From an uncultured delta proteobacterium (GTDB lineage: Bacteria > Myxococcota > B64-G9): a DNA stretch of 64,000 nucleotides. Position numbers and translations under genes: made by a program. The stretch covers positions 705,908 through 769,907 of the forward strand of contig CAVWHX010000003.1 of NCBI GenBank assembly GCA_963754925.1, in the 5' to 3' direction. The stretch's first letter is position 1; every line of letters begins with the position of its first letter. The notes under the pieces were generated by a model. That model was not told the DNA's origin, did no database searches, and worked only from the letters and a program-made list of their open reading frames with translations. Shown here piece by piece: positions 1-10,121 of this stretch.

Positions 1-2
1 TG

Positions 3-1298
3 GGGTATCACCTGCGGGCGCTACTCGATTGCGGCATAAGCGACATTCTGGCCTTCGAACCCGATAGACGGGTTGCGACGCTCTGGCGAACAAACAACAT
101 CGCCCTTCCGACGGGAACCAATGTCGAAATTACCGACTCGATTGCCGCCCTCCGGGATAAATTTCAAACGCGCTACCCCAACGCCGCTTCTGTCCAAATG
201 ATGGCCATTCCGTCGTACGCTCGTTTGTATCCACAACGACTAACCGATGTTCACAACCACCTGGATGCGTACATGCAGGAATATCAAACCGGTTGTCTCG
301 CCGACGGTTTCCGTTCTCAAAGCGTGTCCCTGGCGACCGTCGAAAACATACCAGCCATGCTTGCCTGTTCTTCGATCCAACAACTGCGCGATCTGACCGA
401 GTACCCGCTGGCAGCGGTGATAGTTTCGCCGGGTTCATATTTAGATGCGACAATTCAGGAACTAACTCAGTGCCGTGAACGTTTCCTGGTACTGGCTCCC
501 GCGCAAAACCTCAAACCATTGATGGCGGCGGGCATCCGCCCTGACCTCACCCTCGTGACTGACGCAACTCGATTAGATACCTATTTCCAAAGTTATCCTG
601 GTGATTTCTTCCGCCACCTGGTTTTGCGCACTGATTGTCATCCATCCGCGGCAGCAGTTTGTGCCGAGCGAAAATTTTTTTACTACGCTCTGTCGAACCC
701 GCTTGCCGCGAAAATCTATGCATTGCGCGGCGAGAATACCGTCGAGCTTTCGGGGCAATCGGCAGCACACGTTGCCTTCAACCTCGCGCTGGCGATGGGG
801 GCAGATCCGATCCTATTGATAGGCCAAACGGAACCCCGCCGTTTTTGTGAAGTGGCTGCTCGGCTCAGCGGCCGGCCACACATTGATTTCGCTGCACTCA
901 TCAAGGATCTCCCGCAGCCGCACGCCACCGAACGTGAACGGGTCCTGGCAGGCCTGGCGCAGCTTCACTCCGGTCTGGAAGAGCTTACGCGCTGCGCCGC
1001 CGCTTGTTTGGACATAGCCGCCACGTGCCGCCGGGCCCTCGCGGCAGGGGATACCATTGCGCTTGCCGAGCTCGATCAACAAGAACATACGCTCAACGAC
1101 CTTCTGGCAAACCACCCGGAAATTAATTCGGTGATTCGGGAATCCCTTCAGGCCGCTCGGAAGCAGGGGGAACGGCAGTCGGATGATCTCATCTCGAGCC
1201 TCGAGCTCTCACAGATCCTTTACGAGATCATCCATAACGGGAGCAGGGTGCTCCAGCAAGCATTGGAGCACTATATCAAGAAGGGAGCGCAACAATGA
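3..1298 (+). CDS. Motility-associated factor (Maf/DUF115, MptE-like) family protein; 5'-truncated by the window
   Basis: The frame is open from nt 3 (GYHLRALL...ILAFEPD) and continuous with the ORF at 198. It carries AVIVSPGSYLD...LMAAGIRPDL and SAAHVAFNLALAMGADPILLIGQ, typical of DUF115. Confidence 0.75.
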   Translation, partial: GYHLRALLDCGISDILAFEPDRRVATLWRTNNIALPTGTNVEITDSIAALRDKFQTRYPNAASVQMMAIPSYARLYPQRLTDVHNHLDAYMQEYQTGCLADGFRSQSVSLATVENIPAMLACSSIQQLRDLTEYPLAAVIVSPGSYLDATIQELTQCRERFLVLAPAQNLKPLMAAGIRPDLTLVTDATRLDTYFQSYPGDFFRHLVLRTDCHPSAAAVCAERKFFYYALSNPLAAKIYALRGENTVELSGQSAAHVAFNLALAMGADPILLIGQTEPRRFCEVAARLSGRPHIDFAALIKDLPQPHATERERVLAGLAQLHSGLEELTRCAAACLDIAATCRRALAAGDTIALAELDQQEHTLNDLLANHPEINSVIRESLQAARKQGERQSDDLISSLELSQILYEIIHNGSRVLQQALEHYIKKGAQQ

Positions 1299-1852
1299 GC
1301 GTATCAGTACTTAACGGTGAGATCCTGAAGATGGAGGCACCGGCCTGCATTCTCACCGACGACATACTGGAGCGCCACGTGGCAGACCACATCCCGAATG
1401 GGCAAGCTATCAGCGACGTTCACGTGGACAGTCCGGTCCTGGCGATGGATTACCCATGCGATTCCACCAACATGCTGGTACGCGGGCTTTTGGCCTCCGC
1501 CGCGCAGATGGATCGAATCTGCTCAACCCTGCGCCATTCAACCGAACATCTGCGTGTGGGAAATGAATCCCACTTCCGACCGTTGTTCAGCTCAGCGATT
1601 GACGAATTGGCGATGTTTTTAAAGTTTTTGGCCTTCGGCCGATCGCAGGTGGGCGACAAAGGCAACGTCCTCGATCACTTCTACGCACAAATCAAAGAAC
1701 AGGTCGAGCAGATGTTTCAGGCGTATCAGCGTCGCGACCTCGTGTTGTTAGCCGATATGATTGAGTTTGAGCTAACGCCGCTGTTCGAGGGCTGGCAAGG
1801 GGTGCGCAACGCCCTGCTCAAGTCGCTAGCCCCGCATGCATGTAATGCATAA
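1295..1852 (+). CDS. Hypothetical helical protein of the type found next to maf genes
   Basis: ATGA overlap with the upstream stop; C-terminal DLVLLADMIEFELTP motif. Confidence 0.6.
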   Translation: MSVSVLNGEILKMEAPACILTDDILERHVADHIPNGQAISDVHVDSPVLAMDYPCDSTNMLVRGLLASAAQMDRICSTLRHSTEHLRVGNESHFRPLFSSAIDELAMFLKFLAFGRSQVGDKGNVLDHFYAQIKEQVEQMFQAYQRRDLVLLADMIEFELTPLFEGWQGVRNALLKSLAPHACNA

Positions 1853-2083
1853 ATGACGTTGCAAGGCGCTCGTGACCAGCAGCGCCGGTCGAGATGGGGA
1901 TCTTATTCATCGGAACACAAATCTTCAAAATTTTAACCTTCTTTAAAAAACTGTTTTAGTAATAAGAAGAAGCTCCTGCAGATCCGGTTCACGGACGGGC
2001 ACGGCAGGGGATGGCTGTGCCCGGCCGAGGAACTTCGTTGTGTAGGAAGACCCCCAAAGTACATGCAAATTATAATATCCGCA

Positions 2084-2112
2084 TTGACATCAAAAAATAC
2101 CTATCCTATGTT
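2084..2112 (+). promoter_or_regulatory. Putative sigma70 promoter for the sufC/sufB-like pair
   Basis: TTGACA-17 nt-TATGTT, about 40 nt upstream of the ATG at 2152. Confidence 0.55.
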
Positions 2113-2151
2113 CACCGGCAAGTGAAAATATTAAAAGGTAGGGTTAACTGA

Positions 2152-2910
2152 ATGCTGGAATTAAAAAATTTATATTTTACGGTGCCAGATAGTAATGGCG
2201 GCAATGGCGGCAAACGAAACATTATCGCCGGTATCAATTTCACATTTGAGCAAGGCAAGTTTTACGCTATCACCGGACCCAATGGCAGCGGGAAAACAAC
2301 TCTGGCCAAACTGATCATGGGTATCAATCCCATATCGCAAGGTCAAATCATCTTTGAAGGCAAAGATATTTCCAATCTTTCAATTACCGAACGGGCAAAA
2401 ATAGGCATTGCCTATAGTTTTCAGCAGCCGGCTCGATTTAAAGGAATAACATTTCATGATCTCATTTCTATCGCAACAGGTCTTGAAGATGAGAAAGAAC
2501 TTTTAAAAGTAGTTTCGCACGTAGGAATCTGCCCGCTCTCTTTTTTGGATAAAGCAGTTGACGCAAAGCTTTCCGGCGGTGAAATAAAAAAAATAGAATT
2601 GGCGACGACCATTGCCCGCAATCCGAAACTAGCAATTTACGATGAACCGGATACCGGCATTGATTTATGGACAATCAACCCAATGGTAGGTCTGTTAAAA
2701 AAGGAACTTGCCCAACATCCCACGACAACTATTGTTATCAGTCATAATCGGGCTTTTCTTGAAGCCGCAGACGTCATTTTGATAATCGACAAGGGGCGAT
2801 TTGTCTATTCCGGAAATTTACAAAATGCGATGCCGCTGCTTAGGGACTTGAGCGCTTGCACGTATCAGAATAATTGTAAAGGAGAAGAAGGTGCTGAATG
2901 CTTTAGATAA
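2152..2910 (+). CDS. sufC: SufC-like ABC ATPase (SmsC-type Fe-S assembly)
   Basis: Walker A GPNGSGKT, LSGGE signature, Walker B AIYDEPDTGID (SufC-like), Cys-rich tail CTYQNNC...C; overlaps the sufB-like gene. Confidence 0.8.
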   Translation: MLELKNLYFTVPDSNGGNGGKRNIIAGINFTFEQGKFYAITGPNGSGKTTLAKLIMGINPISQGQIIFEGKDISNLSITERAKIGIAYSFQQPARFKGITFHDLISIATGLEDEKELLKVVSHVGICPLSFLDKAVDAKLSGGEIKKIELATTIARNPKLAIYDEPDTGIDLWTINPMVGLLKKELAQHPTTTIVISHNRAFLEAADVILIIDKGRFVYSGNLQNAMPLLRDLSACTYQNNCKGEEGAECFR

Positions 2911-3811
2911 AGAATTATTAAAAACAGTTGCCGATCTCGATGCTCTGCCCAAAGGCGCCTACAACATCAGGAAGAATGGCAAACTGTTCGATCGTCAAAA
3001 GTCGACGAATATTGATATAGAAACAAACCCGGAGGGCAACGGCATTATTGTGACTATCAAACCGGGCACAAAAAATGAATCGGTCCACATTCCCGTTATT
3101 TTGAGTCAGGCCGGTCTCTATGATGTGGTCTATAATTCATTTATCATTGGAGAAGGTTCAGAGGTAACTATCATTGCCGGTTGCGGGATTCATTGCGGCT
3201 CATCCGAAGCGGAAGGCCATGCGGGTATTCATGATTTTCAGGTCGGGAAAAAGGCAAAGATAGCATACGTGGAAAAGCACTTTGCCATGGGTGAGGGAAG
3301 CGGCCGCCGTACTCTCAATCCCACAACAAAGGTGTTCTTAGATGAAGGCGCAACCGCTGAAATGCAACTGACCCAAATACGTGGTGTTGATGAAGCTAAA
3401 CGGCTCAACGAAGCGACTCTGGGACCTAACAGTCTTTTGCTGATTACGGAAAGAGTATTAACTGACAGTGATCAAAAAGCAGTATCCACCAATAACATCG
3501 TTTTGCAGGGAGCCAATAGCCGGGCTAATATGGTTTCTCGTTCAGTGATAAAAGGGAATTCCAAACAAACCTTCTTTGCCACCCTAGAAGCGCTTAACAA
3601 GTGTTTTGGCCATATTGAATGTGATGCCATCATTATGGATAACGGCACTAATGAAACAACGCCTTCACTTAAAGCAAAACATCCCGATGCCGAACTAACG
3701 CATGAAGCTTCCATTGGTAAAATCGCCAACGATCAGCTCACCAAGTTAATGAGTCTCGGAATGACCTACGATCAGGCCGTAAATAGAATTATTCAGGGAT
3801 TTCTAAAATAA
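2891..3811 (+). CDS. sufB: Short SufB/SufD-family Fe-S scaffold (SmsB-type)
   Basis: GHIECDAII and AELTHEASIGKI...LMSLG...A...IIQGFL motifs of the SufBD family; 306 aa. Confidence 0.8.
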   Translation: MLNALDKELLKTVADLDALPKGAYNIRKNGKLFDRQKSTNIDIETNPEGNGIIVTIKPGTKNESVHIPVILSQAGLYDVVYNSFIIGEGSEVTIIAGCGIHCGSSEAEGHAGIHDFQVGKKAKIAYVEKHFAMGEGSGRRTLNPTTKVFLDEGATAEMQLTQIRGVDEAKRLNEATLGPNSLLLITERVLTDSDQKAVSTNNIVLQGANSRANMVSRSVIKGNSKQTFFATLEALNKCFGHIECDAIIMDNGTNETTPSLKAKHPDAELTHEASIGKIANDQLTKLMSLGMTYDQAVNRIIQGFLK

Positions 3812-3920
3812 TTCTATTTGCCCCGATTAGTTTAAAGCTTCACCGTTACACATCAGTCGGAGGCTTTCTTTTTTCAAGAATAATGTTTTATTGGCCTGGA
3901 AAATATAATTAAACTGGTAT

Positions 3921-4646
3921 TTGAAAATGAACCTCTTAGCAATACTATTGGCTTTGTTAACATTTTTATCGACGCTCCTCGGCGGGTTCATCACTTTAAA
4001 ATTCAAAAAAAGTATTTCGATTATATTTGCTTTTGCGGCAGGGAGTATCGTAACCGTCGCGCTCATAGAAATACTGCCTGAAAGCTTGGAAATTGCAATA
4101 AAATCCGGAATCCCAGTTAAGTATATCATGGTATCTGTTGTGGTATCGTTCCTATTTTTCATACTTCTGGAGAAATATTTCTCAGCCCATCCTATCAAGG
4201 GGATAGCTTCTGAGGGGCATATCATGGGGCCCATTGGCGCAGGAAGCCTTATTCTGCTAAGCCTCCTGGATGGCCTCACCATGGGGATAGCGTTTCAGGT
4301 GCGCTTCTCTATTGGCATCGTGGTGGCCCTTTCAATAATAATCCATGATCTGCCGGACGGCGTCAATACCGTGGCCTTGATGCTCAAGAACAAACAGTCA
4401 GAAAAAAAGGCATTGCTCTTTCTTGTTATGGATGGTCTCGCGCCTCTGCTTGGAGTTCTGCTCACTTCAATCATAAAATTCCCGCAAAATACCCTAGCAA
4501 TATTGCTGGCGGTTTTTGCCGGCGAGTTCATTTTTGTAGGAGCTGCGAGTCTTCTCCCGGAGAGTCAAGAGCACAGTATCCTAAAAATTGCAGTAGCGGC
4601 AACGTTGGGCTTCCTCTTTATATTCCTTATTACGACATTCCTGTAG
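3921..4646 (+). CDS. ZIP-family divalent metal transporter
   Basis: Multi-TM protein; AFAAG...EILPES and IIHDLPDG (HN/DxPE/DG-like) motifs. Confidence 0.85.
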   Translation: MKMNLLAILLALLTFLSTLLGGFITLKFKKSISIIFAFAAGSIVTVALIEILPESLEIAIKSGIPVKYIMVSVVVSFLFFILLEKYFSAHPIKGIASEGHIMGPIGAGSLILLSLLDGLTMGIAFQVRFSIGIVVALSIIIHDLPDGVNTVALMLKNKQSEKKALLFLVMDGLAPLLGVLLTSIIKFPQNTLAILLAVFAGEFIFVGAASLLPESQEHSILKIAVAATLGFLFIFLITTFL

Positions 4647-4741
4647 AGACGTGCAAAAAATGAGAGAATATAGTTAGGTAACCTGTGGGCCACTTTTCTT
4701 TTCATTTCAGTGCATAGCTGCTGAGACAGTATCCTGCCCCC

Positions 4742-7263
4742 TTAAAGTTTAACTTTCTTATAAAAAACTGTTTTGGTAATTTCTGCCCCGATTATGTAAG
4801 CCGCCACGATCAGCAATAAAAGTAAATACGTTGAAAAGCTCAGCGGGCTGAATCCAAAAATATTTCCAATCGGGGTACATGGTACAATCAACGTTATAAC
4901 AACAATTGACAGCGTTGCCATTAACAGATATTTTCCGGGCCTGCTCCTGAAAAAAGGCCTCCGGCTTCGAATTACCAGCACAATTAATGATGCTGAGACA
5001 ACCGACTCCAAGAACCAACCGGTCCGGAACTGACCTTCCGTGGCATGGAGGAGGAGTAATAGCAGGCCAAAGGTCAGGTAGTCAAACACAGAACTTACCA
5101 GACCGAAGGTAATCATAAACTTGCGGATGGCCTTGATGTCCCAGCGCCGGGGATAGTCAACCATTTCGTTATCTACCCGGTCGGTAGCGATGGTCATTTC
5201 GGGGAAATCGGTCATCAAATTGGTGAGTAAAACCTGTTTGGGCAGCAAGGGAAGAAATGGAATAAAGAGGGAAACCCCTGCCATGCTGAACATATTCCCA
5301 AAATTAGCGCTGGTGGCCATAAACACGTACTTTAGGGTATTGGCAAAGGTCGTTCGTCCTTCGCGTACACCCTCCACCAAAACGCCTAGATCCTTTTCGA
5401 GCAATACGATATCAGCAGCATTTTTGGCAACATCGGCGGCAGTATCGACTGAAATTCCAACGTCGGCAGTATGGAGCGCGGAGGCATCATTGATACCATC
5501 GCCCATATATCCCACAACGTTTCCAGCCTTTCGGATAGCGATAATAATCCGCTCTTTCTGATTGGGCTCAATTTCGGCAAAAATATCCACCTCGTTCACA
5601 CGACTAAGCAGCGCGCTATCACTCATCTTACGGAGGTCCGGGCCGGTTATAATGGCTGTATCGGATAGCCCCATCTTGTGGCTGAGGTTGGCTGCGACCA
5701 GGCGGTTATCGCCGGTAATGATTTTGAGTGAAACACCAAGTTTTTTCAAGCTGGCAATGGTTTCTGCGATATTTGGCTTTGGCGGGTCAAAAAGGGTCAG
5801 GAACCCTAAAAACGTCATTCCGGTCTCATCGCTTTTGTTGATGAGCGCTTCCGATGGCATATTTTTATAAGCAATGCCCAAGGTGCGAAGGCCTTGATTG
5901 CTAAACTCCGCGAAGTATTTTTGTATTTCATCTTGCACTGATGCGATTTCAATAGTAGTTCCATCCTTAGCTTCTGCGAACGAACAGACATCGAGTATAT
6001 TAGCCAGTGCGCCTTTGGTTATCATCACATGGGCATCGCCGTGGGTGACCGCGATACTCAAACGTTTTCTAAGAAAATCATAGGGGATCTCATCCTTTTT
6101 CCGGTATTCCGACAGGTCAATCGTGCGATAGGTACGGATGGCTTCATCGATGGGGTTCGTAAAGCCGGTTTCGTAACAAGCATTGAGATAGGCGAAAAGA
6201 AAGACTTTATCGCTTGAAGCCCCATTCACATCAAGCGCGGATTGTACCTGCACGATTCCTTCGGTGAGTGTGCCGGTTTTATCGGAGCATAGTATATTCA
6301 TGCTGCCGAAGTTTTCGATTGATGCAAGCCGCTTAACAATCACTTTCTTTTGAGCCATTTTTTTGGCTCCATGCGCAAGATTGATGCTGATGATGGCGGG
6401 CAATAATTGTGGAGTCAACCCAACCGCAAGCGCCATGGAAAAAAGAAAAGAGTCCAGGACGGGCCGGTGCAAGTAAACATTGACGGCAAAGATGATGACG
6501 ACCAGAATAAGGGTGACTTCCCCAAGAAAATAACCGAATCTTCGAATGCCACGTTCAAAATCTGTTTCCGGCGCTTTGAGTTTAAGCCGTTCCGACACCT
6601 TGCCAAACTGGGTTTCTTTGCCGGTACCGATTACTAACGCCTTTGCATTGCCGCTTACGATATTGGTTCCCATCCATACGGCGTTTGTTCGTTGCGCGAG
6701 GGCGGTATCGGCAGGTAGCACCGAAATAGCTTTTTCAACCGGGAACGTTTCTCCCGTCAGCATGGCTTCATCTACAAAAACATCTTTCGATTCAAGAAGC
6801 AGGCAGTCTCCGGGAACAATATCCCCGGCGTTCAGGATAACGATATCACCCGGCACGATCTCTTCGACGGGAATTTCTTGTTGATTTCCATCGCGGAGGA
6901 CCGCTGCTTTAATTTGTACCATGGCAAGCAATTTCTGAACGGCATTGGATGCGCCGTGCTCCTGCCAAAAACCAAGGAGTCCGCTTATAACGACGATAGT
7001 AAGAATTATTGAAGCATCAACCGGATCATGCAAAAACAATGACACTCCTGTTGCAAATAAAAGAATGAGAATAATCGGGCTCTTAAATTCCGCGACCAGG
7101 AGCGTCAGTGCATCGGAGCGTTTTTGGGTTTCAGGCGACTTGCGCTATAGCGTGTGAGCCGCTCTTTAGCTTCATCGGCTGTAAGACCGTTGGCCGTTGC
7201 CTGAAGCCTGGTAAGTATTTCTGTAACGGATAGACTCCAAAAGGATTGAGTGGTTTGGTTCAT
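4742..7263 (-). CDS. mgtA: Mg2+-importing P-type ATPase; 1-nt frameshift near 7121-7125
   Basis: LTGET, CSDKTGTLT, ITGDN and MGDGIND motifs plus MgtA-type ANFGNMFS. The N-terminus (MNQTTQSFWS...GLTADEAKERL) starts at 7263 and joins the main ORF if one A is added to an A5 run. Confidence 0.9.
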
Positions 7264-7615
7264 AGGTTATAACTTTCTAAATATTAAACAATATGTCGAT
7301 TCCTTGTATTACCATATTTGCGCCCCGTGCTCCTAACATTACTACTAAAATTAGTAAGGGTGACACTGGTTAGGCCCGCGCGACGAGTTCCCAAAAAAAG
7401 TGTCGGTTCGGATCGCCGTAAAATTCATTTGCGGTAACGGACGCGAGCCGAACACGTTCTCGGTCCGGTTGGTGGCTCGCAAAGAATAGGTGGTTGACGA
7501 CTGCGTTCATTGAGTTACGCATCGGCAATGGTTCCGGAACGTGTTCGAAGCCCGCAACCGATTTAAGCCTTTCGGTGAAAGCATCGACAACCTCTCTGTT
7601 GCCCCTCTTGATATT

Positions 7616-8590
7616 TTAAGACCGACTACTGTGGGAATCCCTCTTTTCGGAAAATCGGATGCAGGCGCGGACGAAGTTGAGCCGCGAAAACTGCCCACCG
7701 GTAACGGCCGCCATGAGGAGATCCTTACCCCGGCCTTTCGGAAATACCCGCCGAACAATCTCCCGGTCGGAAAGCCCGTTACGATGAAGCCGCACCACCT
7801 CCAAAGCTGCCTGTTCGATCGTATCGGCCTTTTCACGTAAGAACGGCACCGGATTGTCAAGGACCAGACCGTGTCCGGTGAGCATGCGCGCCGGCGAAAG
7901 ATCGGCCACCCGCCGCAGTGAGACTATGGATTCAAAGGGGTTCTCGTGCGACATAACCGCGCTGACTCCTTTGTTCATGACCAGGTCGCCGACAAAAATG
8001 CTGCCGCTCTGTTCGTCAAAAAACGCCGTGTGTGTAGAAGAGTGCCCGGGTATGGGCACCGTCCGCAACAGGCGATCGTTTGTTTCGATACGCTTCGGCA
8101 TTTCGAGCGGCTCATAGCGGTCAGGCACACCCCACCAAAAAAGGCGGTACGGCTTGAAGCGGACGACACCCTCGTCGAAACGGCGATCGATGTTGCGCAG
8201 GTATATCGGGCAGCCGGATAGCTTAGCCAACGTTCCGCAGATGCCGCTGTGGTCCTCATGATGATGGGTGAGACAGATGGCCCGAAGCTTGACCGGAGCG
8301 AGCACCCGCAGGAGCGGCTCACGAGCATGAACGAAACCGGCGTCAATGAGCACGCCGCCTACCAAATACAAAGACACCTGCATGTCAACGATGCGAGATG
8401 CTCGACTGGAAAGGCTGATCTGGGTGATTCCTGGAGAAACCTCGTTGATACTGCAGAAGAACCCCCCCAGAATCCGTCCCCAGGGCTGCAGCAGATGTCT
8501 GGAAAGACCGTGTGCTGTGGCACTTCGCGCTGTGGCGCTGTGCGCTGTGTCGCCGTGCGCTGTGGCGTCGATCATCTCATCCCTTTTCAT
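7616..8590 (-). CDS. MBL-fold metallo-hydrolase
   Basis: THHHEDH, PGHS, GD and GHG motifs. Confidence 0.85.
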   Translation of the reverse strand: MKRDEMIDATAHGDTAHSATARSATAHGLSRHLLQPWGRILGGFFCSINEVSPGITQISLSSRASRIVDMQVSLYLVGGVLIDAGFVHAREPLLRVLAPVKLRAICLTHHHEDHSGICGTLAKLSGCPIYLRNIDRRFDEGVVRFKPYRLFWWGVPDRYEPLEMPKRIETNDRLLRTVPIPGHSSTHTAFFDEQSGSIFVGDLVMNKGVSAVMSHENPFESIVSLRRVADLSPARMLTGHGLVLDNPVPFLREKADTIEQAALEVVRLHRNGLSDREIVRRVFPKGRGKDLLMAAVTGGQFSRLNFVRACIRFSEKRDSHSSRS

Positions 8591-10092
8591 GTGCTCTTGC
8601 GCAGAGCTGAGGGTTTCGGTTTCGTTTTCGGCTTCGTCTTCGGTTTCGGTTTCGGCTTCGGCTTCGTTTCTGGCTTCTTCTCCGAATTCTTGTCCGCCCT
8701 CACTTCGGGGGGTGGTTTCTTACATTTCATCCTCACTTGCGTTTCTTGCTTGGAGGCAATCAGCGCCTGGTAGCTATTTTTGATATCACTCGATAGACAA
8801 CTCAGTTCGACCTCGTGTTTCCCCACCGAAAGCGATAGACGCAGCGGTGTTGTTCCAATGAGCTGGCCGTCGATGGAGACATTGGCCAACGCATCCGTGG
8901 TCACCGAAATCAACCCATTCGGCTGCGGCCACAGCAGTACTATTGCGGCGATTAACATGATCAGCAGCAACGGAAACACAACCCATGGCCACCGCCGGGG
9001 CCGCCGGATTTCCGGTGAGCTCGGCATCGGGGTTATCGGTTGATCCGATGTGCCCACGGAACCGCGCGCGTCATCAACCGGTTCAATCAGATCCAGTAGC
9101 TCATCGTTTTCTGGCTCGGTAGCGGCTCCTTCGGCCGTATCCTCCGGGGCTCCCGCTTCGCCTGGTGAAACCCTGCTTTGCTGCTGCTGTATTTTTTCGG
9201 CCACGCGCTCGGCCAACTGCCGAGCTACCATCGACGAGCCGAGGTCCTCGAAAAACGGCTCCAAGCCTTCCGCCAATTCTTCCGCCGACACCACGCGCAG
9301 GACTGGGCTCTTAGCGAGCGCCCTCGATACCAACGCGTCGAGCGCATCCGGCACCTCCGGAACAAATTTGCTGGGAGGCGGAGGATCGAGCCGTATCACG
9401 CGCTCCCAAATATCGCGCGGCTGCACGGCGGCAAAAGGACTGACACCGGTCAGCATTTGGTACAGCACCACGCCCAATGAAAACAAGTCGGCTTGGCTGC
9501 CGAATGAAAGCCCCTTGACATATTCCGGGGCCATGTACTCATAGGTGCCCTTGATGATGCCCGGCAACGTTTGGCTCACCGCCTGTAGCACCTTGGCGAT
9601 GCCAAAGTCGGCGATCTTAACCGCCCCCTGACTGCCTATAAGGATATTGCCCGGACTGACGTCGCGGTGGATGATCGGCCCGTCGGCGCCGCCCCGGTGC
9701 GCATACGCAAGACCCAAAGCGACCTCGTGCGCGATGAAGGTGGCTTGCGGAATAGTGAGCATGGTGGAAGCCGAGGCATTGGGCGAAAGGAGCTCGTCGA
9801 GATTGACGCCAACGAGGTACTCCATGATGATGTAATAATACGCCTGGTAGTTGACCAGACCATAGGTGCGAACGATATTCGGGTGCTGCATTCCGGCCGC
9901 GATGCTGGCCTCATTGACAAACATCTCAACATACTGGTGGTCGGCCGCGAGCTTGGCAAACAGGCGTTTTATCGCCACGGTCCGCGCGCCGCCGCTCGGC
10001 AAGCGTTCGGTCGCTCGGAAGATCTCCGCCATACCCCCCTGGCCGACCTGTTCGACCAACTCAAAGCGGCCGATCCGCTGACCAGTCTTCAT
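8587..10092 (-). CDS. Membrane Ser/Thr protein kinase with a C-terminal PEGA-like domain
   Basis: GQGGMA, VAIK, HRDVSPGN, DFG and YMAPE motifs; TM helix; VSIDGQLIGTTPL (PEGA-like); Lys/Pro-rich tail. Confidence 0.9.
   Translation of the reverse strand: MKTGQRIGRFELVEQVGQGGMAEIFRATERLPSGGARTVAIKRLFAKLAADHQYVEMFVNEASIAAGMQHPNIVRTYGLVNYQAYYYIIMEYLVGVNLDELLSPNASASTMLTIPQATFIAHEVALGLAYAHRGGADGPIIHRDVSPGNILIGSQGAVKIADFGIAKVLQAVSQTLPGIIKGTYEYMAPEYVKGLSFGSQADLFSLGVVLYQMLTGVSPFAAVQPRDIWERVIRLDPPPPSKFVPEVPDALDALVSRALAKSPVLRVVSAEELAEGLEPFFEDLGSSMVARQLAERVAEKIQQQQSRVSPGEAGAPEDTAEGAATEPENDELLDLIEPVDDARGSVGTSDQPITPMPSSPEIRRPRRWPWVVFPLLLIMLIAAIVLLWPQPNGLISVTTDALANVSIDGQLIGTTPLRLSLSVGKHEVELSCLSSDIKNSYQALIASKQETQVRMKCKKPPPEVRADKNSEKKPETKPKPKPKPKTKPKTKPKPSALRKST
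8612..8670. repeat. Short tandem repeat (TTTCGG/CTTCGG units) encoding the KP-rich kinase tail
   Basis: Hexamer repeats are directly visible. Confidence 0.8.
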
Positions 10093-10121
10093 GGGTCTTC
10101 TTCTCCGGGTTCGGCACCGTC

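Noticed and set aside
7264..7500. Mg2+ riboswitch or mgtL-type leader before mgtA
   Set aside because: No M-box consensus or Pro-rich leader was recognisable by eye.
8508..8567. Roughly 15-bp tandem repeats (TAHxx) at the MBL N-terminus
   Set aside because: Ordinary low-complexity coding repeat with no further signal.
8249..8773. ORF with FGFGFG repeats
   Set aside because: It is the antisense reading of the kinase KP-rich tail.
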